Virus record (IMG/VR): IMGVR_UViG_3300036668_000246
Coordinates: 1-54,454 of that record
Source: a virus
Lineage: Duplodnaviria; Caudoviricetes
Length of the DNA: 54,454 bases
Strand: one strand, 5' to 3'
Of the stretch, positions 40,201-47,788 are shown in pieces (position 1 is the stretch's first letter; each line of letters begins with the position of its first letter). The position numbers and the translations under genes were made by a program. The notes under the pieces are model-generated. The model was not told the DNA's origin and made no database searches. It saw nothing but the letters and a program-made list of their open reading frames with translations.

Positions 40201-41520
40201 TTTAACAACTATGTCCGACTCACTCGGGGAATTTATAGCATCAGATGCTTTCTCACCAGCGGCATTTAGAGGCTTAAATGTGCTCCGCTGCTTTGCCGCC
40301 CATTTAGGGAAATCAGACATAAGCTCATTAATATCTTTAGCACTAAGAGGAGGAAGCGTCCCTGGCAAATGAGCCTTTGGCTGGTTAATTGGGGTCCTAG
40401 GCTCTCCAATTATCCCAGACATGTCTAAGGGTCCTTCATATGTGGGAACTCTGCGTGGACCAGTTACTGGGGCATCTGCCTCTGCACGCGTAAACTTGGC
40501 ATCAACGCTTACAGTTTTGCCATTATCTAATTTAACGTCAACCAATCCAGTGGCAGAGTCTACATTTTGTATGACACCAGAGCCACGCTCGCTGTCTCCC
40601 GCTATTACAACACGTCCTCCAGCTTTTGAGAACAAGCCCCCCGCATCTCTAACCTGATTTGAAGCTTTCTCTGAGCGCTCTTCAGGCGTGTAGTTGCCAT
40701 CTCGATTTGTAGGTGCTGCAGCGCTAATAATTGGTACACCCGCGGCACTTAGGACTTGGTCTATCATGTCAAAGTCTTCGTCAGCTAGCGCACCCCCCAT
40801 GAGTTGGGTCTCTTCTGGGTCAATCTCATGCAGCATCACTGGCGAGTAAGGGCGGTCCTGTAGGAAAGCAGAAATAATAACAGCAGAAGACGGGTCAATC
40901 ATCACGTAATCTTTTTTACACGTATCTGAGCTGTTGTCTAAGGCCTTATCGTATGAATATAGGTCTGCATCAACGTGACCCATGTTGTCCCAGTTGCAAT
41001 CGTCCCAAACATAGACTGACCCGTCGATGTCTATCTTGTACAGACGATCTATGCCAGAGTTATCCATGCGAATCCTTGCCATAAACTCTGGACCAACAAA
41101 GGGATCTAACTCGTGAGCTAGCTTAAAAGCATTTAGATCTGGCTCATAGTATGGTTCGACTTCTGAAATCTCGTAGGCGCCGGCTGACATGGCCTTCTTG
41201 TTCTCACGTTCAACTAAAGTAGATGCCCACCGTTGAGCAGCGTCCCCACCCCAAAGTGCCCAAGCGATACGGCCGTTAGACGGGAATCCATCCTCTCCGC
41301 GCTCGTAGCCTTTTGCCTTCTTGTCAACTTCGTGACGAGGGAAATATTTAGCAATGTGTCGAATCTTCTCTAGGCCAATTTGACCGCCAGAAGCAAGAGT
41401 GCGGGCAGTGTTCAACCCAACAGGTGTGCCACCACGTCCGGTTTCTTTGCGCCAGCTTAGAGCTTTTTTAGCCTCATTTTGGACTCCACCTGGAATAGTG
41501 TACATTCTGGACTCTGCCAT
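37240..41520 (-). CDS. Capsid maturation protease multidomain fusion (1426 aa)
   Basis: ESGDGRKF...LPLPLLWQ...GHDGSVVVGRID...GVSVDLD...ATIV..PAF protease core; GRIYGHIAAW and PSGDWR domain; additional N- and C-terminal modules; directly upstream of the capsid gene. Confidence 0.82.
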   Translation of the reverse strand: MAESRMYTIPGGVQNEAKKALSWRKETGRGGTPVGLNTARTLASGGQIGLEKIRHIAKYFPRHEVDKKAKGYERGEDGFPSNGRIAWALWGGDAAQRWASTLVERENKKAMSAGAYEISEVEPYYEPDLNAFKLAHELDPFVGPEFMARIRMDNSGIDRLYKIDIDGSVYVWDDCNWDNMGHVDADLYSYDKALDNSSDTCKKDYVMIDPSSAVIISAFLQDRPYSPVMLHEIDPEETQLMGGALADEDFDMIDQVLSAAGVPIISAAAPTNRDGNYTPEERSEKASNQVRDAGGLFSKAGGRVVIAGDSERGSGVIQNVDSATGLVDVKLDNGKTVSVDAKFTRAEADAPVTGPRRVPTYEGPLDMSGIIGEPRTPINQPKAHLPGTLPPLSAKDINELMSDFPKWAAKQRSTFKPLNAAGEKASDAINSPSESDIVVKYLALLSPDDLEAVMDVVAIVPESKTSTDPVTYVRLNGKWNRDNQVLSDLKSSTPPPVVELDDKEVLNDVLEQADEASPLQASAYNFSIFWEKVVEPLLAAGGADRNRGNAEGLRRYWTKGKGAAKIRWGTPGDWTRCVRNLSKYMGPRAKGYCQLRHKEVTGVYTGSKLNPGNDKNMSSEYSLFSSEAEFDSAMFRRSELLAKAADAREKVALIASARTDKGAGFMIPMLVPEELESGDGRKFVSGAITLRDLPLPLLWQIKTGNGHDGSVVVGRIDNVERIKGGLGNATGVFDTGPYGREAQRLVENGFLRGVSVDLDKFEAKEEKNPKASLKEGSEDEAGEEMGKDKLTINKARVMAATIVAKPAFQECTIAIINLGDQEEYVTPEDGIYEECIDGLCDLEPIMASGYLESEIPMAPPASWFEDQKLDKPTPLSVDKDGRIYGHIAAWHVSHIGLPRSTKPPRSRSKYAYFNTGVVHTAEGTDATVGQLTLAGGHAPLNASAADAAKHYDDTASAIADVHAGEDQFGIWVAGCLRPDADEMQVRALRASAPSGDWRPIGGSLELVAVCQVNVPGFPTARAMIAGGKMLALVAAGASHMAVLKSEAVQALSYKAHTFGKLAATAPDLKIRVREAKKSLREANLQAITASAMILREKTLTAAAVAELAKISPEERLELADKGIAMPDGAYPIRDEEDLKNAIQAYGRAKATDRAAVRRHIAKRARALKKSALIPMQWKNAESMAAAQRVASMRASITASAYSEFAKTDDDEISDADLKKLRDSKSEADKQTEEEIKAAKDVKSGKTDPNGLDEDGKPKYVSGVNQPRDAKGKYRTVLARLKQNLGVAGLSKALKKAEEAENLDFAGDYAASAGASDDLLGMIDRIDSKALNPEALENVRATAAELGTVISNLPLPFGKDAEKLKFSDLPSGLKDLIDQMITRVEAKIGKKDADIATQSLKSYISGADVYSQGEVQSEMSKLLRLLT

Positions 41521-41523
41521 TTG

Positions 41524-41853
41524 CTATCCTTCTTGAGTGCCGTCATAGTAGAGGTTAGTTACACCATCTAGATCAGCGATGGTAATCGGGCCTTGATCAA
41601 ACTTCTTGACTATCTCTGGGACTAGATCATCATCGCCAAAGTCGTCAGGCAGAGGGGCTGTGTCAGATGACCAGTCGTAGTTGTAGATTACAGACTTAAC
41701 AGTGTCATCAATTCCAGATTCGTCACGTTCAATAAACTCCCAGTCGGAGTCTTTTCTGATTAGCAAACCTAGGGGGCCAATCATCAATACTTTTGATACT
41801 GTGTCGGACTCTTGGTCTATTATAAACCAGATGCTGATTAAATCTTGGGCCAT
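41524..41853 (-). CDS. Acidic hypothetical protein
   Basis: ORF ends 3 nt before the protease start; AGAAAG upstream. Confidence 0.6.
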   Translation of the reverse strand: MAQDLISIWFIIDQESDTVSKVLMIGPLGLLIRKDSDWEFIERDESGIDDTVKSVIYNYDWSSDTAPLPDDFGDDDLVPEIVKKFDQGPITIADLDGVTNLYYDGTQEG

Positions 41854-41922
41854 GATTTACTTTCTACGTAGTAAGTTGAGCAGCGTCCTGCTATGGCTAT
41901 TATATTTTAGCACGAAAATGTG

Positions 41923-42123
41923 TTATCGTTCTGTATCTTCATCTAAAATGCCGGTAAGAGTCCTGTAGTAGAGCTCGTCAGTCGCTTGAGGCAACTCAAA
42001 AACTAAACTATAAAGCTCAGATGTTGTCAGTGTCTCTAAGTCTACTACAATTTCCTGCGCGCCGTCCTCTGCATCAATGCGGATGGATATTTTAGTCTCA
42101 TGAAGGCGTTTTATCTCTGCCAT
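41923..42123 (-). CDS. Small acidic hypothetical protein
   Basis: TGATG overlap with the metallopeptidase ORF; GGAAGG upstream. Confidence 0.6.
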   Translation of the reverse strand: MAEIKRLHETKISIRIDAEDGAQEIVVDLETLTTSELYSLVFELPQATDELYYRTLTGILDEDTER

Positions 42124-43526
42124 CAGTTACCGCCTTCCTTTTCTTGAGATTTTAACAGACCCTTAGATCTTAGCAGGTCCATAAACTCAGGGGTTGCGTT
42201 GCCAGTAACTACGTACTTGGTTAAAGCTTCTGCAAAGTTCTCTTGAACATTTTTTTCCCCGTAATTGCTTACTTTTTGACCTCTAACTCCATATAACTTG
42301 TAATCTTCAGCTAATGCCACGTCTCCATCATCTTTTGGACCACGGCCCCAGTTGTCAAAGGCTATAACGTGAGCTAGTTCATGAATAGATGTACCTGTTG
42401 ACTTTTCGCCTAGGGTTTTAGGCTCTATGGAGTGCCAACCGGTCTCAGTTCTGGCTCTATTTTCCCAAGCTTTAGCCAGTCTAGAAGGTAACATATGACC
42501 GCCACCCGAAGGGAATGCAAAACCAAGAGTATTGGCCGAACTACTATACATGCTCCCCATTGTAGCTGCCAAAACTGAACTAGGCGCCGTAATTGACATG
42601 CTCATGGGTTTAGGAATATCAAGTTTTTCTTTAATTGTATTAAATGCATTTGCAACGTATTTTATATCGTCGTTAGTACCGACCGCGCCTCTCCCAGCGG
42701 GGGACGCATATACTTTAATTGTATTGCCGTCAGGATCAGATATTTCGCGATATGCACTCCGCTTACCGTCTGTCCCAGAGAGCACTCTTCTGTACGCATT
42801 GGATAGTACAACTTTTCTAGCGTAATCAATCTGCGCGGCGGGAGCTGTGTCCTCGTATCGTTCTATTGCGTTAGATAGTCTTACATTTTCGAAAGTTGAA
42901 AGCATTGCCCCCTTATCTGAGATTTTCCAATCTCCCTTTAGGCTGGCTATAAATCCTTCATCTAAGTCCGGAACATTTCTGTATATCTCGTTTTTGTAGC
43001 TAGCTAGGAGCCTATCCTCTTCCCGAGCTAAGTTGACATAAGGCTGAGCTAAATTACCTTTTGAGAACTGCCTCCTGTGCAAGGGAGCCATAAGCTTGGC
43101 TACGTCTTCAGCCTCCAACACTCCATCTTCTCTTATCTGAGGTGCCCTGTATTGAGAATTAATCCCTAAGGTCGACATATCAGAATACTGCTCAAGAAGA
43201 TATTGCAACTGAGCTATGTATTGCTCTTTAAGCTCAACCGACGGTTCTTCCCCGTATCTACGCCTCAGGCGACCAATTGTTGCTACATTCTGTAGAACAA
43301 AGTCTCCCCCTGAACCCTTGCTTACAGGTAAGGAATTAAATACGTCACTTATAAATGAGTCGTAATTCTGAGATTGTAGCTCAGTGAGGGATGTTTCAGG
43401 TGCGGTCTCGTCTGGCTCGATTGGGTCGTCCCAAGAAATGGCAGATGTGTCATAATTACGACCAGACCTTGAAGCCTTAGTTTGCTCAGACGAGGCAGTA
43501 TCAGGGGCTGCCTCAGCCCCTCTTAT
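42123..43526 (-). CDS. Zn-metallopeptidase-containing -1 frame extension (467 codons) of the upstream head-region protein
   Basis: Frame open from 43526 to the stop at 42123; IHELAH (42369-42383) followed by SNYG....QENFAE; no ATG or GTG in the first 106 codons. Confidence 0.75.
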   Translation of the reverse strand: MRGAEAAPDTASSEQTKASRSGRNYDTSAISWDDPIEPDETAPETSLTELQSQNYDSFISDVFNSLPVSKGSGGDFVLQNVATIGRLRRRYGEEPSVELKEQYIAQLQYLLEQYSDMSTLGINSQYRAPQIREDGVLEAEDVAKLMAPLHRRQFSKGNLAQPYVNLAREEDRLLASYKNEIYRNVPDLDEGFIASLKGDWKISDKGAMLSTFENVRLSNAIERYEDTAPAAQIDYARKVVLSNAYRRVLSGTDGKRSAYREISDPDGNTIKVYASPAGRGAVGTNDDIKYVANAFNTIKEKLDIPKPMSMSITAPSSVLAATMGSMYSSSANTLGFAFPSGGGHMLPSRLAKAWENRARTETGWHSIEPKTLGEKSTGTSIHELAHVIAFDNWGRGPKDDGDVALAEDYKLYGVRGQKVSNYGEKNVQENFAEALTKYVVTGNATPEFMDLLRSKGLLKSQEKEGGN

Positions 43527-43532
43527 TTTGGG
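43503..43532 (-). other. Putative -1 programmed frameshift signal: CCCAAAA plus downstream hairpin
   Basis: GGC CCA AAA TAA G then AGGGGCTG-AGG-CAGCCCCT (8-bp stem). Confidence 0.78.
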
Positions 43533-46399
43533 CCGCGGCCCTCGCCTTTGTCTAGAATTTCTGTCTGGAGGTTGCCGTCAATATCAAGGTATTGGATTGC
43601 AACTCCAGGCTCTCCACCGTCGGTAGCCGGGACTTCTTTAACTTGTTGCACGGTGCCAATGTACCCGCCATCGGGGTCGTACAATGGGTCGCCAGATTGC
43701 ATATCTTCGGCTAGCTTAGTCCCGCCGGAGGGGGCAGATGCGTCATCGGCTGACTCTCCATCCTCGCCTAAGTACGGTGCATTGGCATCTCCGCCTGCAA
43801 AATCAGGGTCCTCAGGGTCGAAGTCAGGATCTTGATCCCTATTCTTGGCGTATTCTTCGAAGTCGATACCTAGCTCGTCTGCTCTGCGGCGTAGCTTCTC
43901 GTCTAACCTAACCCACTTCGCGTAAGGAGTTGGAGCATCGTCCGTATGTAGCATATTCCTAGTCTGAAGGTTGTCGACTACCTCCCCGTCGCCGAACCTG
44001 ACTGCAGCCGTGTCCTTGTAGCCGCCGTTTTTACCAGAAACTGCATTTAGTCTAACCACTGTACCGATTACTAAATCACCCTGGTTGTTGATAAACCGTA
44101 CTTGGTCTCCAGGCGCAACTATGGTGACACCATCTTCAGATACAAACGGAATTTGATCCTTATTTCTTAGATCAAATGATTCTGATTGTAAGAACCTCTT
44201 CAAATTCATAGGTAGCGTCTGTACTACTTTTTCAAGTGCAGTGCCCTTGTAGCGGCTGCCTAGCTCTGTTTTAAGAGTGCTTAGAAGTTTATCGATCGAT
44301 TCAGGGGAGTTAGGTAGCCTGCCCAAGAGCTGCACAAGGCGCTCTTTAACTAGGGCAAAGTCCTTTGAGTCAACGGCTTCATAGAATGATGCAACAAAGC
44401 TACGGCTCACATTGCCGAACTGGTTCCTGTAATTCTTTTTGTTTCCAGTATCTGACTTGTTTAGCTTGCGTGCTCTACCTGTGAGGAACTTAGAAATATT
44501 CTCATCTTCGGTCACCAGCCTCCAGTTGTTCACATCTTTAGTCTTGCGAAGGTACTTCAACCTCTGAGCCATATCTTTGTCTGGTCCAAAGTAGCTGCGA
44601 AGCTCTTTTTCAACGGGGACGCCTTTAGCGTCCACACCCTTAAGTCCGGGAGTTGTTCTGCCTAGCAGTAAGTCACGGGTCTTTGTTAGCCCGCTGGTCT
44701 TACCGTAAAGTCCAGCAAAGCTGTCCTTGTAGTCAGAATTGTAGAAGTCATAGACAACTTCTCCACTATCAGGGTCTGTGACCGTGTAGCGTTCCATGAA
44801 CTGGTTTCCAATTGTGCGCTGAACTCCAACTTCATAGTTGTAGGTTTTGCCATCAGTATCAGTGAATGACCCTCTCTCTACAACAATAGTTCCGTCTTCC
44901 TTAATTTTGGCATTAGGGTTTTCTTCAAGAAGAGCGTCAATAATAGAGTTAGGGTCTTCGACTTGGCGAGGGTTGCCCTTGTCGTTCTCCACCATAATTA
45001 GCTTACCGTTCTGGTCTACCAGATTCTTAATTTTCTTGTTGCGGAGCTCTTCGTCAGTCTTTTCAGATGGGGCAATCGGATTACCGTCATCTGCACGGTC
45101 TATTTTGTTAACCTCTTCAGACTTAGGTGCCTTCTTAGGGACTACCTTTTTAGGGGTAGTCACTTTTGGAGGTTCCGGTGTCGTGGGGTCAGCAGGATTT
45201 TCAGGCTTAGTTGGCTTAGCAGTTGGCTTAGCTGGTTTAGTTGGTTTAGCTGGTGTCAGTTCACTGCCCTCTACTACTGAGTAGTCTCTGCTAGGGACTA
45301 GAGGGACCCTAGTCCTTTCCCCCTTAGAGTCCTTGATCTCCATCCAAGACTGTCCACCTTGAGAGACATCTATACGGAGGTTCTCGACCAGGTACTCATT
45401 ACCTTTGCCGTCAGTTATAACATCACCCTTGTTTAGGGCGGATCCTTTAGCAAGTTTAATCTTAGAGTACGCAGCCTGGACTTTTATCAGCTTACCCAGG
45501 TCAGGTGCAGGAGCATCTTGTTCAAATGCAACTAAATACGCTTCATTGGCGGAGTTTCGAACTTTGACAGGATTAAATATATCCAAGAGCCTAGCTAGCT
45601 CTGAATCCTTCTCGTCCTGAGACATCCCATCATACTTAGAGTCGGTCTCGCTCTCTTCAATATCTCCAGGGCCGCCTCCACTTTTACCAAAAATTCTCTC
45701 AGCGAGCTCAATGTACTGTTCCTTTTGAGCTGGATCATTAGAGTCTATTTTTTCAAGTTCAGCCATTAGTTCTAGGGGTGTCTTGACATCAACAGTTTCT
45801 TTAGGATCTTCAACAAGTTTGTTTACTTCTTCACCTTTTAGGGCCTGCTCTGCTAGTGCCGGCGGGAGCTTAGCCAGTGGCTCTTGATCCCTCTCTGAGC
45901 GGAAATCTTTGTCCTCATCGGTGGTTAGGCCGCTGGTAGCTAATTCAATGTCCAATTCATCTGCAGGCTGGACGTTTAGACTTGCCAGATCTTGAGGTTG
46001 CTCGGCTACTGACTTTGGCAGAGTGTGGGCTAGATCTGGATCTACGCCTCTTGCCTTCAGGAAATCTTTGTCAATCTTTATCTTAGAGCTGACTTCTGCG
46101 TTTTTAGGAGTTACCTCTACTACGCTATTCTCTGGGATTCCGTACTCTTCATAGCCCTTGCCGACTAGCATACGAATGTTGTTTACTTCACTCTTGTCGG
46201 TTGCAGTTCCACCGATTGCTCTACCCTTTAGCTTTACTATTCCTCTACCATCACCAATGCTAAAAGCTGCCAATAGTGCGGCCCCTGTGACTACCCAACG
46301 GCCTTTTTTATCCCTAGGTTGGCCCTTAACACGTGCTTTACGTGCAGCGGTGGAGTTACCGCCTGCTGCGATTAGGGCGTCAAGAGTTAATTTGGACAT
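43523..46399 (-). CDS. Large head-region multidomain protein (958 aa)
   Basis: N-terminal ALIAAGG and QPRDKKGRWV motifs; several SH3/KOW-like segments (KGDVI, PGDQVRF, SGDPLY); Pro/Lys linker. Confidence 0.75.
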   Translation of the reverse strand: MSKLTLDALIAAGGNSTAARKARVKGQPRDKKGRWVVTGAALLAAFSIGDGRGIVKLKGRAIGGTATDKSEVNNIRMLVGKGYEEYGIPENSVVEVTPKNAEVSSKIKIDKDFLKARGVDPDLAHTLPKSVAEQPQDLASLNVQPADELDIELATSGLTTDEDKDFRSERDQEPLAKLPPALAEQALKGEEVNKLVEDPKETVDVKTPLELMAELEKIDSNDPAQKEQYIELAERIFGKSGGGPGDIEESETDSKYDGMSQDEKDSELARLLDIFNPVKVRNSANEAYLVAFEQDAPAPDLGKLIKVQAAYSKIKLAKGSALNKGDVITDGKGNEYLVENLRIDVSQGGQSWMEIKDSKGERTRVPLVPSRDYSVVEGSELTPAKPTKPAKPTAKPTKPENPADPTTPEPPKVTTPKKVVPKKAPKSEEVNKIDRADDGNPIAPSEKTDEELRNKKIKNLVDQNGKLIMVENDKGNPRQVEDPNSIIDALLEENPNAKIKEDGTIVVERGSFTDTDGKTYNYEVGVQRTIGNQFMERYTVTDPDSGEVVYDFYNSDYKDSFAGLYGKTSGLTKTRDLLLGRTTPGLKGVDAKGVPVEKELRSYFGPDKDMAQRLKYLRKTKDVNNWRLVTEDENISKFLTGRARKLNKSDTGNKKNYRNQFGNVSRSFVASFYEAVDSKDFALVKERLVQLLGRLPNSPESIDKLLSTLKTELGSRYKGTALEKVVQTLPMNLKRFLQSESFDLRNKDQIPFVSEDGVTIVAPGDQVRFINNQGDLVIGTVVRLNAVSGKNGGYKDTAAVRFGDGEVVDNLQTRNMLHTDDAPTPYAKWVRLDEKLRRRADELGIDFEEYAKNRDQDPDFDPEDPDFAGGDANAPYLGEDGESADDASAPSGGTKLAEDMQSGDPLYDPDGGYIGTVQQVKEVPATDGGEPGVAIQYLDIDGNLQTEILDKGEGRGPK

Positions 46400-46436
46400 A
46401 GAGGTAATCCTTTATATAGTAATAGAACTAGTTAAA

Positions 46437-46447
46437 ATTTTACCCTA
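46437..46447 (-). promoter_or_regulatory. Conserved promoter-like motif TAGGGTAAAAT (copy 3)
   Basis: Matches copies 1 and 2; 37 nt upstream of the ATG at 46399. Confidence 0.6.
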
Positions 46448-46467
46448 TTTGTAAGTTAGTTAGTAGT

Positions 46468-47328
46468 TCAAGACTCTTTACGAGGCATAGAAGCTAGTCT
46501 ACCTAACTGCAGTAGGGTAGTCTCACCGAGTGATCCCGAAGCAATCAGAACCTTTATACGGACAGCTGAGTGCAATACCGAAACATCATCAGCTGAATTT
46601 GAATAAGTTTGCGTAATTGCAAATCTCTGAGAATCATCTAACTCGGGTGCGCCAGATATCCACAATGCAGAGGCGTAAATAGGTGCCTCTACCCCTGGGT
46701 GGCCTTCGGGCAGTAAGTCCGAGTAATCTGACAAGTCATCTAAATCTTCTGACTCTCCAGAAGTCGCATACTCTGCAAAGGTAAATACTTCCCACAGTAT
46801 TGCGGATCTCAGTGCGTCATTGTCGCCAAGGTAGCTGTACTTGGTGCAGGCTTTTCTAGCTACAGCATAGGCGCTCTCAAGAGAGACTGCCCTGCTAGCA
46901 CCAAACTCGGAATTTATGCTATACACAACCTCTGTTATCGACGCAGACGAAGGTACGCAGTTAGGGACTTTTTTACCCTTCTTGTCCTTCATGCCTACTT
47001 GTACGTAACCCTTCCAGCACGGGTCATCAGACTCTTTCTCTAAAGCTGCTGCAGTAATGCCATCTGCGGACTGGTCGATTGGCACACAGTTAGGGACTTC
47101 CTTGCCATCTTTACCTTTTTTTGTGCCAAGTTGTACGTAACCCTTCCAGCACGGGTCATCAGACTCTTTCTCTAAGGACGCGGCTTCATGAGCTGAATCC
47201 TTCATTAACTCGCCGTCTGGCATGTAATGGTAACCCTCAGGGGGTTCTTTCTTGCTGTCATCTATAATCTCTTCAGGTGCAGCATATCCGCCAGCAGCTC
47301 TAATAACGTTCTTTATGTAGTCTGACAT
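46468..47328 (-). CDS. Hypothetical head-region protein with duplicated CWKGY...VPNCVP module
   Basis: Two copies of LEKESDDPCWKGYVQ.G.K...GK.VPNCVP; GYHYMPDGELM motif. Confidence 0.7.
   Translation of the reverse strand: MSDYIKNVIRAAGGYAAPEEIIDDSKKEPPEGYHYMPDGELMKDSAHEAASLEKESDDPCWKGYVQLGTKKGKDGKEVPNCVPIDQSADGITAAALEKESDDPCWKGYVQVGMKDKKGKKVPNCVPSSASITEVVYSINSEFGASRAVSLESAYAVARKACTKYSYLGDNDALRSAILWEVFTFAEYATSGESEDLDDLSDYSDLLPEGHPGVEAPIYASALWISGAPELDDSQRFAITQTYSNSADDVSVLHSAVRIKVLIASGSLGETTLLQLGRLASMPRKES
46999..47175. repeat. 45-bp exact direct repeat, period 132 bp
   Basis: ttgtacgtaacccttccagcacgggtcatcagactctttctctaa at 46999-47043 and 47131-47175. Confidence 0.9.
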
Positions 47329-47787
47329 TTAGCGAACTCCTAGGAATGATTTGATCTGCCAGTTGAATGTTTTATGTGTATCAATACGGCCTGCAAGAAA
47401 ATCCATCAGGCCTTGCTCGTTGCAATCCTGTGCTTTTTTGAAGGTGTCTAATAGTGAGTGCATTAACTCATCGTTTATTCTTTTAGCAGATTGCAATAAG
47501 AAGGCAGGAGATGACCCATCTAGGCGATCCTCTTTTATACGAGACATCTCTGCATAATCAGTCAAAAAATATGGGGCAGGAAATCCGGCTTTAAGGATAT
47601 TCTCACCCAACGGGTCAATCGAACTATCCACGTCTTTATACAGGGTTTTAAAGAACTTGTGGTATTCCCCGAAGTCCGGTCCTAGGACGTTCCAGTGATA
47701 TCCATGAAAAATAAACTTGGCTGCCACTGTATCTGCTAGCAGGTGCGCTAGCTTTCTCGCTAGTTCTGTGTTCTGATCTGAATGCAT
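47329..47787 (-). CDS. dps: Dps family ferritin-like protein
   Basis: LLAD, HGYHWNVLGPDFGEYHKFF..LY, IDPLGENI, HK...WQIKS; ferroxidase ligands H, H, D, E present. Confidence 0.9.
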   Translation of the reverse strand: MHSDQNTELARKLAHLLADTVAAKFIFHGYHWNVLGPDFGEYHKFFKTLYKDVDSSIDPLGENILKAGFPAPYFLTDYAEMSRIKEDRLDGSSPAFLLQSAKRINDELMHSLLDTFKKAQDCNEQGLMDFLAGRIDTHKTFNWQIKSFLGVR

Positions 47788-47788
47788 G

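Noticed and set aside
42123-43208. Stand-alone 361-aa gene starting at TTG 43208
   Set aside because: No convincing RBS, and the frame stays open 106 codons further upstream to a slippery site; better explained as a frameshift extension, though not excluded
43209-43522. Apparent 314-nt intergenic region as ncRNA or terminator
   Set aside because: Fully open in the -1 frame, and the hairpin lacks a U-tract
43482-46454. Several plus-strand ORFs of 70-145 aa
   Set aside because: Antisense to a long coherent gene, with no RBS or recognisable motifs
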